A stretch of 64,000 nt of DNA from an uncultured Thermoleophilia bacterium (GCA_963739595.1 CAVUBA010000005.1:24631-88630), one strand, 5' to 3'; numbered from the stretch's first letter, positions 8,324-22,196 are shown. Notes: generated from the sequence alone by a model not told the origin. Made by a program: numbers and translations.

Positions 8324-10751
8324 CTAGCGCACGGTGACGATGGTGCGCGCCGTGCCGCCTTCGTGGTTGCCGCCGAGGTCGACGGCGCTGTAGGTCACCG
8401 TGAAGACGCCGCGCGACGCCGGTCTCCAGGTGACGCTCAGCGACTGGCCGATGGGCTGCCAGCCGGGATGGCCTGAGGCGACGCGGCGGCCCTTCGCGTC
8501 GGTCACGACGTAGCTCACGTCGACTTTGGCGCTGTAGGGATCGACGGCTTTGAAGCTGAGCTTGGTGGCGGCTCCCGCCGCTATGGCTTTGCCGGCCGGG
8601 GCGTACAGCCTGGGTCGGTAGAGGTCGACGACCAGGTTCTTGCCGGCGCTGCTCTCGCCGAGGGAGGAGACCGCGGTGACGGTGAACGTCGGCCGGCCGC
8701 TGGCGAGGTACTCGCCCGAGCCGGCCCGGCCGTCCCACGTCGCCGTGCGGGCTCCGGCTGCGAGCACGCCCAGGGCGAGCTTGCGCACGACCTTGTCGCC
8801 GTCGAAGACGCGCACCGTGACGGTGGCCTTGCGCGTCAGCGTGAATCCCAGCTTGGTGACGTCACGGACGCCGTCGCCGTTGGGGGAGATGGTGACCGGG
8901 GTGGCCACTGGGAAGCCGAGCGTCTTGTCGAGCTTGACCTTGACTCCCTGACGGGCGATGTTGCCCGCCTCGTCGCGGCGCTCCACGTCGAAGCGGTAGA
9001 GGCCCTCGGGGGCGGCGGCGAGGCCGCCGCCGGAGGTGATGCGGCCGTCCCAGGTGACGGAGTACGACCGCGTGTCCTGCGCCCGCCAGCCCTGGAGCCA
9101 GCGCACGACGTCGCCGGACGCGTCCAGCACGCCGACGCGGACGTCGCAGGCCTCGGCGGGACTGTAGGTGACCGCGGCCGTCTCGGCCTGGCCGTCGCCG
9201 TTGGGGCTGAAGGACGCCGGCGAGACGGCGGCGCCGGCGAGGCGGGGCGCCGTCGTGTCCACGGTGATCTGTGTCGAGGCGCTGGTCGCGTCGCCGCTCG
9301 CGGAGGTGGCGGTGAGCTCGGCCGTGTAGACGCCGTCGGGCACGTCCGAGCCGTTCGACGTCCCGCTTCCAGGTGACGGCGGCCGTGGCGCCCTGGCCGC
9401 TCCACGACGCCACGGTGTGCCCGCCGGCGTCCTTGAGCGCGAGGCGCCAGTCGGCGACGGCTGTGATGCCGACGGTCAGGTCGGTGGAGTCGAGCACGCC
9501 GTCTCCGTTGGGGCTGATGAGCGGGGCGCTCGCGTTCACCGTCGCTCCCAGGCTGGTGCCGATGCGTCTGGCGACGTCGGCACGGATCGCCGGCAGGAGC
9601 GCGTAGAAGGCGTCGCCGGGACACTCCGTGTAGTTGGCCTGTCGGTGACCGGCGACGACCGGCAGCGTCACCGTGGCGCCCTTGGTGTACTTGTCCGTGG
9701 CGCCGCAGACGAGCTGAGCCGTTCCGGACGGGTCGAGCCCGCAGATGGCGAGCTTCCAGGCCAGGAGGCGCTCGAGGGCCGCCACAGCCTCGGCGGGCGG
9801 CGCCTCGTCGATGAACGTGCCGATGACCGAGATCCCCGTGCTGCCGGTATTGAAGCCGTACACGTGGGCGCCGACGACGCCACGGGTGACGCCACCGTAC
9901 CGGCCCTCGTAGATGGTCCCGAAACGGTCGACGAGGAAGTTGTAGGCGATGTCGTTCCAGTGCAGGCTCTGCGTATGGTAGGCGTAGATGCCGCGCACCA
10001 GTGCGGGCGCGTCCGCGCGGGAGTAGAGGTTGCCGCTCGCGGTGTGGTGGATGATCGCCACCTTGACGGGAGCGTAGGAAGGCTCCGCCGACCGCAGGCT
10101 CTCGTCTGCGCCCCATTCCGAACGGGTGACGATGACCGGGGCCGACGAGGCGGCTGACGCCGGCGGCACGACGCTGATGCCGGCCACAGTGGCCGCCAGG
10201 CGACGCACGGCCCCGGTGAATCGCGCCGCGACGCTGCCATCTCCCGTGGGGTCGATGGCGACGACGTGGACGCCGGTGAGAGCGGCCGCTCCGCGGGAGC
10301 CGCCGCCGGCCGTCACCTGCACGTAGCGGGCGGTGCCGGTCCAGAGCGGGTCGGTGTACGCCGTGGCCGTGCTGCCCTCTCCGGCGATCTCGAGCGGAGC
10401 CTCGAGCCACGGGCCCCAGGCGGTGCCGTCGATGCTGGTGCGCAGACTGAGAGTAACGCCGCCGCGGGCGGGCGCGTCGCAGGTGACGCCGGCCATGGTG
10501 AAGCTCTCGCCGGCGTCCAGGGTTACGGGGGCCTCGGCGTCGCCGACCGCCGCGCGCGCGACCGCGAGCCGGCCGTCGCCGGGGACGCGCAGCGTCTGCA
10601 GGCGCACAGACGGCGCGCGCATCCAGGCGGCGGCTGCGCCGCTCGCGCGCGGCGCGGTCCAGACCGCGAGGAGCAGCGCGGCGAGGGCGACCATGCCCGT
10701 CGCGAGGGCGCGCGTGAGGCCGGGGTGCCTTGCCGTGAACGAGCGTGTCAT
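8324..10751 (-). CDS. secreted N-acetylmuramoyl-L-alanine amidase (PGRP/amidase_2 type) with C-terminal FlgD-Ig-like repeats (frame break near 9385)
   Basis: ATG 10751 followed by a signal-like segment (MVALAALLLAVWTAPRASG). The amidase core reads IIHHTAS...WNDIAYNFLVDRFGTIYEGR...GHRQANYTECPG. Several SPNGDG-containing Ig-like modules follow. The two ORF pieces (8862..11123 and 8324..9343) join across one indel. Confidence 0.8.
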
Positions 10752-10950
10752 GTGGACGCCTGGTCTCCCGCCGGTCGGGTCGCTGCTCGGGCAACGCCGG
10801 CGCTGGAGTGACCTTGCGCCGGAGAAGGAGAGCATGCCTTGCTTCAACGGGGTCGGCCGCCCCCCTCGCTTCCTTGAGCAAGAAGTGGGGTCGGGCAGGC
10901 GGCTCGCCCTGCCTGCGGCGCGAAAGCAGCCGTGGCGGGCCAGTCGCGCG

Positions 10951-11358
10951 TCAGTCCGTGCCCTCCTCGCCGCCGAAGGGCTCACCGACGAAGGGGAGGT
11001 CCGGCAGGTCGTCGAGGTAGCCGGCGACTGCCCGGGCGGCCGCGTCGACCAGTTCCGCATCGATGAATGCCGTCTCCAGCGCTCGGCCGTCGGCGACGGC
11101 CAACTCCTGCGCGAGCCGGACACAGAGATGGACGAGCGCCGCGGGTGAGGGCGCCCGCACCGCGCCCAGAGGCACCGACGGGACGTCGGTGACCCAGACG
11201 AGGTCGTCGTCTACCGCGACGGCGGCGACCGGCCGGCCTCGCGGACCGGGGGAGGGCGCGCAGGCGGAGACCGGGAGGGCAAGGCCGCCTTCGGCCGGGG
11301 TGGTGGCGAGAGTCGGCGAGCCGACGACGAGGCCGAACGGTGCGTCTGGGCGGGGCAT
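10951..11358 (-). CDS. hypothetical protein
   Basis: 135-aa ORF with ATG 5 nt after GAGGAG and an acidic C-terminus. No family recognised. Confidence 0.5.
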   Translation of the reverse strand: MPRPDAPFGLVVGSPTLATTPAEGGLALPVSACAPSPGPRGRPVAAVAVDDDLVWVTDVPSVPLGAVRAPSPAALVHLCVRLAQELAVADGRALETAFIDAELVDAAARAVAGYLDDLPDLPFVGEPFGGEEGTD

Positions 11359-11597
11359 GGCGGCTCCTCACGGCTCGCTGGCGGGAAAGTGGAACGCCGC
11401 CACAGGACCAGACGATGCTGTGTCTGCAGCGACCGCATCGTTGGCCGGCCGCCGGAGCAGCCGGGGCCTGCGGCGGCGTTCGCGATCGAGGCTAGCAGGC
11501 GGGGCGGACAGATGTTCGTGCCGGAGGGGTTCCCATTCGGCCGGTTCCGGCTAAGATACGTCACCAGCTCTTGACCACCCCAAGCGAAGGAGTCGCC

Positions 11598-11813
11598 ATG
11601 TCGGACAGCGTGTACCGCGTGATGGAAGTGATCGGCTCGAGCTCCGAGTCGTGGGAACAGGCAGCGAAGAACGCCGTGGAGAAGGCAGGGATCCATCGCG
11701 AGGACCTGCGCATCGCCGAGGCCGTCGAGTTCGACATGAAGATCGAGGGCAAGGCGATCGTCGCCTACCGCACGAAGGTGAAGATCTCGTACAAATACCA
11801 CGAGATGGTGTGA
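11598..11813 (+). CDS. dodecin-family flavin-binding protein
   Basis: ATG 11598 is preceded by GAAGGAG. The 71-aa product (MSDSVYRVMEVIGSSSESWEQAAKNAV...KVKISYKY) matches the dodecin pattern. Confidence 0.8.
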   Translation: MSDSVYRVMEVIGSSSESWEQAAKNAVEKAGIHREDLRIAEAVEFDMKIEGKAIVAYRTKVKISYKYHEMV

Positions 11814-11850
11814 CGCGGCGGCCGCGCGAAGCGCGGCTGGCGGTGTGAAC

Positions 11851-11893
11851 GACGCCGGGGGCGGCGGCGCGCAGCGCCGCCGCCCCCGGCGTC
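11851..11893. terminator. perfect 19-bp hairpin between convergent genes
   Basis: GACGCCGGGGGCGGCGGCG (11851-11869), loop CGCAG, then the exact complement (11875-11893). It sits between the dodecin stop and the stop of the minus-strand gene at 11894. Confidence 0.6.
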
Positions 11894-13208
11894 TCACCGG
11901 TCCTCCGGCTCCGGGTCGCGCCGATGGTGGCGCAGCTGGTCCAACCGGCGCCTCGAGGCGAACACGCAGTCGGTCTTGACGGCCTCGGCGGCGGCTACGT
12001 CCCTGGCGAGGACCGCGCACGACGGCGCGCCGCAGAGCCCACAGTCGTAGCCGGGCAGCGAAGCCGCGATTCGTTCGGCCTCCTTGTGGCGCCGCACCCG
12101 TTCGCGCAGATCGCCGACGACGACGCGTGCTCGCGTGGCAGGAAGGGGCGTTCGATGCCGAAGTCGGCCGCGGGATAGCGGCGGGCCACCTCGGCCTCCG
12201 TCAGCGGGTCGGTGTCCGGAAGCTCGGCCATCAGCAGTTGCAGCTTCGCCTGGGACACGTACACGTTGTCCACGGTGAGGTTGCCGTTGCAGCAGCCGCC
12301 CCAGCAGGCGTTCGCCTCCAGGAAGTCGATGTCGCGCAGCTTGCCCTTCTCGATGTCGTCGAACACGCGGATCACGTTGGGCAATCCGGTGACGGCCAGG
12401 TAGCGGTGATGCTTGAGAAGCTCGGCGAGTGGCCGGCGCGTGGACCAGCGCAGCATGATGGATGAGCGGACCGGGTGCTGAGCCGCGATGGGAATCGCGC
12501 CCTCCGCGGCCTCGCGGGCCGCGCTCAGCACGCTGTTGTACAGCTGGGGGATGCCGATGGCGCCGTCCAGGCAACTGCTGCCACCCTCGGCCGGCTGGAG
12601 GATCGACACGGTCCGCGCCTGGCACGGCGTGACGTAGATCGCGGCGATCTGCTCGGGATCGAGGCCGAGCTCTTCCGCATAGCGGCGCTTGACTTCGCGC
12701 CCTGCGACCTCGCGCGGCGGGCGGATGCGGATCGCCTGTTCGAGCATGCGCGGGTAGGAGACCTGCATGAGGCGCACCACGACCGGCGCAGGCGATGGAG
12801 ATCACCGGCCGCGGTCCGTCCCAGTGGTCCATGTAGTCGACGATGGCCTGCGCCACGAGTCGCGTGTCCACGCCGTAGTCCCACACCGCGTCGAAACCGA
12901 CGGCCAGCAGACCCTGGGCGATGTCCTCGGGCTTCACGTCCAGTGGGAACTGGCCGTACAGCACGGGAGACGGGATCGCGACCCTGAACGCGTATCCCTC
13001 GAAGTCCTCGAGCGTGCGCGTCGTAGGCGCGAACACTCCCCGCGTGCAGGCGGTGAGGCAGGAGCCGCAGTCGATGCACAGCTCCCGCTTGACCACGCGC
13101 CTTGCCATTCGTCACGCGGATCGCTTCGGTGGGGCAGACTCGCATGCAGGCGAGGCAGCCGTCGCAGCGCGACGCGTCCATGGTGAACCCGTGCGCGTAC
13201 TCAACCAT
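11894..13208 (-). pseudogene. [FeFe]-hydrogenase-like Fe-S protein (large-subunit C-terminal domain type), about 3 frame breaks
   Basis: N-terminal 4Fe-4S ferredoxin motifs (CDGCLACMRVCP, CIDCGSCLTAC), a hydrogenase-like core (...VTPCQAR..., ...LEANACWGGCCNG...) and a C-terminal CGLCGAPSC motif. Pieces lie in ORFs 12525..13208, 11894..13108 and 11995..12780, switching near 13105, 12780 and 12115. Confidence 0.65.
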
Positions 13209-13638
13209 CGCTGTCCAACCTGATTCGGCTCACGACGACGGTACCCCCGTTCACGTCGGAGCGGAGTTCGAAGCTGTCCGAGTTGCGCCGGATGTTCGGC
13301 AGGCCCATGCCGAAGCCGAACCCCATCTCGCGCATCTCGTCAGTGGCGGTGGACCAGCCCTCTTGCATGGCCAGGCCGATGTCGGGGATGCCCGGGCCGC
13401 GGTCGTCCATCTCGATGGTGATGTCCTCGTCGGTGATCGTGAGCGTGAGCTTGCCCTCGTCGGCGTACATCACCACGTTCATCTCGGCCTCGAACACGAC
13501 GACGACGGCGCGGCGGACGAGCGCCGGGTCGAGCTCGAGGCTCGTGAGCAGCGACTTCACCTCGGTGGACGTCTCGCCGCCCTTGTCGTAGTCGCGACCG
13601 TGGACCCGGAAGCAGCAGCCGAGCAGCTCTTCAGCCAC
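13201..13638 (-). CDS. GHKL/HATPase_c-type ATP-binding protein (anti-sigma-factor-kinase-like)
   Basis: GTG at 13638. Contains ...DDRGPGIPD... and ...GFGFGMGLPNI... motifs typical of histidine-kinase-like ATPases. This is the usual partner of DRTGG proteins in hydrogenase-type clusters. Confidence 0.65.
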   Translation of the reverse strand: MAEELLGCCFRVHGRDYDKGGETSTEVKSLLTSLELDPALVRRAVVVVFEAEMNVVMYADEGKLTLTITDEDITIEMDDRGPGIPDIGLAMQEGWSTATDEMREMGFGFGMGLPNIRRNSDSFELRSDVNGGTVVVSRIRLDSDG

Positions 13639-13639
13639 G

Positions 13640-13985
13640 CTACATCGCCCCCTTGAGGCCGGCCTGGTAGAGGATGCCACAGCAGTCGAACATCCCCAGG
13701 TCGGTCGCCGAGCACGGGGATCCCGCTGTCGTGGGCGAGCTGGAGGACGCGCTCCTGGGGGCGCTTGCCGCGTACGTAGACGATCGCGTGGACGTCGGCT
13801 ACGACGGCGGTGCGCACGGACTGGATGTTGGTGAGTCCGGTGAGCATGAGCGCGTGCGGGCAGTGGAACGCGAGGATCTCGCTCATGCCGTCAGAGGCGA
13901 CGACGGCCTCGACCTCCACCTCCGCGCCGTCGCCGCTGTCGAGCAGCTCGCAGCCGAGGGCGGCGGCCACCTCGTCGAGCCTCAT
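13640..13985 (-). CDS. DRTGG domain protein (frame break near 13710)
   Basis: ...ALMLTGLTNIQSVRTAVVADVHAIVYVRGKRP... After one indel the frame continues TDLGMFDCCGILYQAGLKGAM to TAG at 13640-13642. Confidence 0.6.
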
Positions 13986-13991
13986 GGCCGC

Positions 13992-16256
<2,265 letters not shown>

Positions 16257-16273
<17 letters not shown>

Positions 16274-18779
16274 GGTCCTCCAGTCGGGAGCGTACCGGAC
16301 CGTCTGCGGCCGTCACACGCACACGCAGCGGCCTGGCCGGCAAGCGCGCGAGCGCGTCGAGGCGCTCACCTGCGGCCAACCCGCCCCAGGCCGCTACGCG
16401 GACCGCATAGACCGCTCCTCGGGGGCAGGCTGGATCGGGCCGCACGGGCGCGACCACGAGGTCGCCGCCCAGATGGATGCCCACGTCGCCGTCCGGCCCG
16501 ATGCCCAGCCGGTCGAGGTCGCGGGGGTGCATGCGCACGCCGCGTTCCAGGTCGAGTTCAGCGAGACCCTCGACGACGGCGCTCAGGTCCGTGCCACGAT
16601 GGCGGAACGCCGCGCGCTCGGGGACCAGCGTGAAGCGGCCCCTGCCGGGAGCCGCCGTCTCAGCCGGTCGGCGTCGTCGTGGCAGCGGTGTCATGCGCCG
16701 TCGCGCCCGGTCCCCCCCGCGCGGAAAGGCGGGCGCCTCGGCGCGGATCGCGCGCCGCACCGCCTCGGCGTCCGCGTAGCTGAGGTCCGCGCGGCCGAGG
16801 CGATGCGCGATCCCGGACAGGATCGCCCAGTCCGGCAGCGGACCATCGTGCCCGGCGCTTGCCGCGGAGTGCTCGACCGGGCGCAGTTCCTGCACGCGGC
16901 CTTCAAGGTTCGTCAAGGTGCCTCCGTCCTCGGCGAACGAGGCGGCCGGCAGGAACGCGTCGACCGGGAACGGCGGCAGGTACAGGTCCTGGGCGATCAG
17001 GTAGTCGCAGGGGGGGCGTTCGGCGAACGGCGCCTCGCCGATGAGGTAGAGCACGGCGGGTCGTCGGCCGGCCCGGAGGCTCGCCAGGTCGAACGGCCTC
17101 CGCCGCGCTGCGGGCTCCCAGCGGGGGCCCGGCAGCACGCCGGCCAGCGCCCCGAGCTCGAGCGCGCCGCGCGCGTTGGCGGCGTGCGTCAGCGGCACGA
17201 TCGTGATGGCTGAGTCCCTTGCCAGGAGCTCGAGCTCGGCCAGGAGTCCATCGGCGCCGGCGCAGTCGAAGGTGCGCGGCCCGAGCACGATCGCCGGAGC
17301 CTGCGCCCGCCGGAGTTCGGAGGCCGCCGCGACGACGGCGTCGTCGCGGCCGTCAAGGGGCCGGCGCGAGTCCCGCCGGCGAGCGCGTCCGCAGCAGGCG
17401 CGCGAGCGCTGCGGCCTCCTCACCGGGCGGTGGGCGCAAGTCATGGTCGGCCACTCGGGACAGGGTCGTCTCGCGAGCGTCGACGGTCACCAGCCGCGCC
17501 CCCCGGCGCAAGGCGCGGCGCACCTGCACGCCTGCGACGGAGAACGCGTAGCGTGGGTCGAGGCCCGCGACGATGGCGAGGTCGCAGGTGGCGACGCCCT
17601 CGATCGACACGGGCAGGGCGAAGAGTCGCGACCAGGCTCCCGGCCCGCCCGGCAGGTCGTCGCGTACGGTCGAGTCGACGCCGCGCGCCGAGAGCCCCTC
17701 GCGAGCCAGCCGCTGCGCGGCGAAGAGCGCCTCGTTGGGCAGGTCGCCGCCCACGAGCACGAGGACGTCCTCCGGGCGCGCGCTCATCAGCTGCGCGCTC
17801 ACCGCGGCGAGCGCCTCGTCCCAGTCGACGATGCGGTCGTATCGCCCCTTGCGCAGCATCGGGTCGGCGCGCCCTCGACGGATGCTGCGTCGTCTCGGGC
17901 AGGCAGAACCGGCCGCGCAGGCACAGCTGTCCGTCGTTGAGCTCCGGGTCACGGGCGCCGCTGGACGGAGGAGAGCCGGCCCCCTGCATGCGCCAGTTCG
18001 ACTTGACAGCCGAGGGGGCAGAGAGGGCAGGTCGAGACGGCGACGCCGTCGGGCGCGCCGTCCCACTTGGACACCTTGTCGGCGAGCGCGCCGGTGGGGC
18101 AGACGGACACGCAGGCCCCGCAGAACTCGCACCCGGCCGCCTCGTGCGACCTGCCGAAGGCGGGGCCGATGAGGGTCCGCGGCCCCCGGTCGATGAAGGC
18201 GAGCACGCCGGCGCCTCGCACCTCAGCGCACATGCGCACGCAGCGGCCGCAGAGGATGCAGAGGTTGTAGTCGCGGTCGTAGAACGGCTCGTCGTGTTCG
18301 GGCTCGAGTCCCCGGTAGGCGACCGGGTGACCGGCCCACTCGACGCCGACCGACTCCGCCACCTGCTGCAATTCGCAGGCGCCGTCGCGCGGACAGGTCC
18401 GGCAGCCGGTCGCGACGCCGGCCTTGCGGATGGTCTGCTGCGTGCGCCGGCAGTCGTCCTGTTCGCCGCACACGAGGCAACTCGAGGGGTGCTGGGAGAG
18501 GAGGAGCCCGAGGATCTGACGGCGTTGCTCGCGCAACCCTGCCGTGTCCGTGATGACGCGCATGCCCTCGGTCACGGCCGTGCTGCAGGCGAGCGGGTAC
18601 GGCTTCGTCCCTTCGATCTCGACGGCGCAGAGCCGGCAGCCGCCGAACGGTGTCAGCTCCGGGTGCGAGCAGAGCGCCGGCACGCCGACGCCGGCAGCTT
18701 CCGCCGCACGCAGCACGGTGGTGCCGGCGGGCACCACCACGGCGTGGCGGTCGATCTCCAGGCGCACGTCAGGCGACAT
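16257..18779 (-). pseudogene. NuoG / formate-dehydrogenase-alpha-like Fe-S and molybdopterin-oxidoreductase-family subunit, about 3 frame breaks
   Basis: The N-terminus has a 2Fe-2S motif ([19 protein letters not shown]) and 4Fe-4S motifs (CILCGRCVRMC, CEFCGACVSVCP, CPLCPLGC). It is followed by NDGQLCLRGRF and molybdopterin-oxidoreductase-like sequence in ORFs 17441..17989, 17353..18132 and 16257..17444. Confidence 0.7.
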
Positions 18780-20700
18780 GGTCGGCTCCCGAGGCGATCA
18801 CGATGGCGTCGCCGGCGATCGCGTCGAACCGGCAGACCTCGTAGCAGGAGCGGCACTTGATGCATTTCTCCGGATCGAGGTTGTGGGCCTCGGCGCGCGG
18901 GCCGGTGATGGCGCCCGTCGGGCAGACCTGGACGCAGCGCTGACAACCGGTGCACCTGCCCGGGATGATGCGGTAGGTGACGAGATCGCGGCAGACGGCT
19001 GCCCGGCAGCGGCGGTCGACGATGTGCTCGACGAACTCGCTGCGGAAGTACTTGAGCGCGGTCAGCACCGGGTTGGGGGCCGTCTGGCCCAGCCCGCACA
19101 GCGAGCTGCGTTTCACCACGCGAGCGAGCGTCTCCAGCTTGTCGAGGTCGGCGAGCTCGGCCTTGCCCCCGCAGATGGCGTCGAGGATCTCGACGAGGTG
19201 GCCGGTGCCGATGCGGCAGGGCGCGCACTTGCCGCACGACTCGTCCTGGGTGAAGCGGAGGAAGTAGCGTGCCGTGTCGACGATACAGGTGTCCTGGTCG
19301 AGGACGATGAGGCCGCCGGAGCCGAGGATGGAGCCGGCGGCCGCCAGGTTCTCGTAGTCCAGCGGGGTGTCGAGGAACTCCTCGCCGAGGCAGCCGCCGG
19401 AGGGCCCCCCCGTCTGCACCGCCTTGAAGCCCTTGGCGACGCCGCCGCCGATGTCCTCGATGACGCGGCGGAGCGTCGTGCCGAACGGCACCTCGATCAG
19501 CCCGGTCCTGCGGACCTTGCCGACGAGGCTGAACGTCTTGGTCCCCCGCGAGGTCTCGGTGCCGCGGGTCGCGTACTGCTCCGCGCCGCCGTTCACGATC
19601 ACCGGGAGGGTCGCGAGGGTCTCGACGTTGTCGATGATCGTCGGCATCCCCCAGAGACCGGACTCGGCGGGGAAGGGCGGCCGCGTACGCGGCATGCCGC
19701 GCCGCCCCTCCAGGCTGGCGATCAGCGCCGTCTCCTCGCCGCAGACGAAGGCGCCGGCGCCCTGCTTGACGGCGAGGTCGAAGGAGAAGCCGCTGCCGAG
19801 GACTGTCTTCGCCAAGGAGGCCGAGGCGCCTCATCGCGACGATCGCCGTGCGCAGGCGGCGGATCGCCAGCGGGTACTCGGCGCGGATGTAGATGAATCC
19901 CTGCTCCGCGCCGATCGCGTAGGCGGCGATCAGCATGCCCTCGAGGACGGCGTGCGGATCGCCCTCGATGAGCGAGCGGTTCATGAAGGCGCCCGGATCG
20001 CCCTCATCGGCGTTGCAGATGAGGTACCGCCGGGCGCCCTCCGCCTCGCGGCAGGCCTGCCACTTCCGCCAGGTGGGGAAGCCGCGCCGCCGCGACCGCG
20101 AAGCCCGGCGATCTTGACGAGGTCGACTACGTCACCCGGCGACAGCGCGAGGCAGCGCTCAAAGGCGAGGTAGCCGCCGCGCGCCAGGTAGTGGTCCACG
20201 ACCTCGGGGTCGACGAGGCCGCAGTCGCGAAGCACGAGACGGGTCTGCGGCGCCAGCATCGGGTGGTCGGCGAAGCGGGCGACCGTGGCCGGCGGCTCGG
20301 CGCCGTCCTCGCCCGGCTCGTCCCGGCCCCCGAGGGCGTCACGGTCGAGGGAGCCGACAAAGTGACTCGACGGCGTCTCGCCGGCCAGGAGCGCGTCGAG
20401 CGTCTTCACGGCCAGCTCGGGAGTCATGTTCGCGTAGCTCAGCCGGGGACGCCCCGGCAGCTGCACGTCCAGCAGCGGCTCGAGGTAGCAGGGGCCGATG
20501 CAGCCGACGGTGACCACGCGGGCCTTGACGTCGCGGGCGGCCAGGTGGGCGCGTGCGGCGCTGAGCACCTCGCCGGCGCCGGCCGCCAGACCACAGGAGC
20601 CGAGTCCTACGTACACCACCGGCGTCCGCCCCGCGTGCAGGGCTTGCCAGCGCCGTCCGGCGAGGCGGCGGCGGCGCTCAAGAGTGCGCGTCGCGGGCAT
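18769..20700 (-). pseudogene. NuoF-like NADH-binding flavoprotein subunit (HydB/BfuB-like), about 2 frame breaks
   Basis: [16 protein letters not shown] (one G missing near 20095), ...[25 protein letters not shown]..., ...[19 protein letters not shown]..., ...[10 protein letters not shown]..., and C-terminal 2x4Fe-4S motifs ([23 protein letters not shown]). The second break is near 19812. Confidence 0.8.
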
Positions 20701-21139
20701 CCAGGAGCTCCTGCAGCTTGAGGACGCTCATCTGGCCGTAGATGGCCTCGTCCAGCGTGAACACGGGCGCGAGGGCACAGCACCCGAGACAGGCCACTCG
20801 CTCCAGGTCGTACTCGCCGTCGGGCGTCGTCTCGCCGGCACCTATGCCGAGCCGCCGTTCGAGCGTCTCCATCATCTGCACGCCGCCCTGGACGTGGCAG
20901 GCGGTGCCGAGGCAGAGGCGCAGCCTGTGGCGACCCGGTGGCGTGAAGCGGAACTGCGCGTAGAAGGTCGCCACGCCGAAGACCTCGTTCTCCGTGAGCC
21001 GGAGGTCATCGGCGATGCGACCAACCGCCTCCGGCGACAGATAGCCGAGGGTCGCCTGGGCGCGCTGCAGCGCCGGCACGAGATCGGACCGGTCGCGGCG
21101 CACGCCTCTCGGGGTGCCCGGCCGGAGATCGGCCGCCAC
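20678..21139 (-). CDS. NuoE-like 2Fe-2S thioredoxin-like subunit (HydC/BfuC-like)
   Basis: Intact 153-aa ORF: ...ALQRAQATLGYLS..., ...FYAQFRF...CLGTACHV..., ...VACLGCCALAP... Confidence 0.85.
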   Translation of the reverse strand: MAADLRPGTPRGVRRDRSDLVPALQRAQATLGYLSPEAVGRIADDLRLTENEVFGVATFYAQFRFTPPGRHRLRLCLGTACHVQGGVQMMETLERRLGIGAGETTPDGEYDLERVACLGCCALAPVFTLDEAIYGQMSVLKLQELLDARDAHS

Positions 21140-21151
21140 CGGGACCTCCCG

Positions 21152-21481
21152 TCACCTCATGCCGAGGTCGAAGAGCTTGAGGGCATAGGCCCAGGTGTCG
21201 TCGCCGGTGCAGAACAGCGGGATGTTCACCCGTCCGGCCAGGTCGAGCACGTCGTCCGCGGGGCGCTTGCCGTGACCGAACACGATCATCCCCGCGTCGA
21301 CGACGTTGGCGGCCGCGATGAGGTTCTTGTGTGTCTGCAGCGTGAGCAGCAGGCATCCCGCCGGGGCGCCGGTGATGATGTCCGAGGCCATGTCCGAGAC
21401 GTACACCCCGGGGATGTCCCCGTCCTCCCAGGCGCCCAGCGCCTTGAGTCCGGTCTTCTCGACGATCTCGGCCATGTTCAC
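21152..21481 (-). CDS. DRTGG domain protein
   Basis: Intact 109-aa ORF: ...CLLLTLQTHKNLIAAANVVDAGMIVFGHGKRP... It is a paralogue of the gene at 13640-13985. Confidence 0.7.
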   Translation of the reverse strand: MNMAEIVEKTGLKALGAWEDGDIPGVYVSDMASDIITGAPAGCLLLTLQTHKNLIAAANVVDAGMIVFGHGKRPADDVLDLAGRVNIPLFCTGDDTWAYALKLFDLGMR

Positions 21482-21518
21482 GGCTTCTCCCCCCTCGTGA
21501 GGTCTCGTGGGCGCCCGT

Positions 21519-22059
21519 TCACAACTCGATCAGGCCGGCGTCGCTGATCACGATCCCGCGGCAGCAGTCCGCGTCGCTGCGCATGCGGCACGGCACGACG
21601 ACGATCCGTCCTGCGTCCCGGGCGCCGGCCCTGGTTGAAGTACTCCTCAAGCGCGGCGACCCCGTCGTCGCTGACGCAGCGCCCCGACTCGTGGGTCGAA
21701 TCGCCGCACAACGCCACGTAGATGGAGGCCTGGTCACCCAGCCGGAGCGCGAGCCCTCCGACCTGGCACTCGGGATCGGCGCAGAGGGACATCATCAGGC
21801 CGGTCATGGCACTCAGGTCGGCCGCCCGGCCGCACGTGTCGCAGCGCAGGCCGAACTGGACCGCTTGATCCCCGGACAGGTACTCCCAGATGTGCGGGCC
21901 GTCGCGGTACTCGTCGATGGGCGCGACGGGCTCGGTGGAGAAGAATGAGCTGCGGGCACCGCAGTGGTAGCAGCCCTCGACGACGAGGAATCCGCCGTGT
22001 ACGTCGGTCATCGACCAGTAGTGGTCGCAGGTGCTCTCGGATCGCGGCCTCTGATCCAC
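21519..22059 (-). CDS. Cys-rich hypothetical protein, first gene of the redox cluster (frame break near 21600)
   Basis: Zinc-ribbon-like pairs (CDHYW..CYHCG, CDTCG). The C-terminus continues in the frame of ORF 21519..21737 (...VVVPCRMRSDADCCRGIVISDAGLIEL). Confidence 0.45.
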
Positions 22060-22165
22060 GTCTCCGGCTCCCCGATGGCCCCGGACCCGCCCCTGCGGGT
22101 GAGGGTGCTACTGACAGAGTAGCCCACGGCGGGCGGATTGGAACCTGGAATCGCCGTTGGTCGAA

Positions 22166-22196
22166 GGGGCGGCGGCGCCCTCTGCGCCGCCGCCCC
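22166..22196 (-). terminator. GC hairpin downstream of the XRE/ImmA-like gene
   Basis: GGGGCGGCGGCGC (22166-22178), loop CCTCT, then GCGCCGCCGCCCC (22184-22196). It lies between the stop at 22301 and the next minus-strand start at 22059. Confidence 0.45.

Noticed and set aside
11359-11597. Possible FMN riboswitch in the 240-nt leader of the dodecin (flavin-binding) gene.
   Set aside because: I could not recognise the conserved RFN core segments. Only vague GGGGTTCCC/CCGGTTCCGG pairing was seen. An Rfam scan is needed before any claim.
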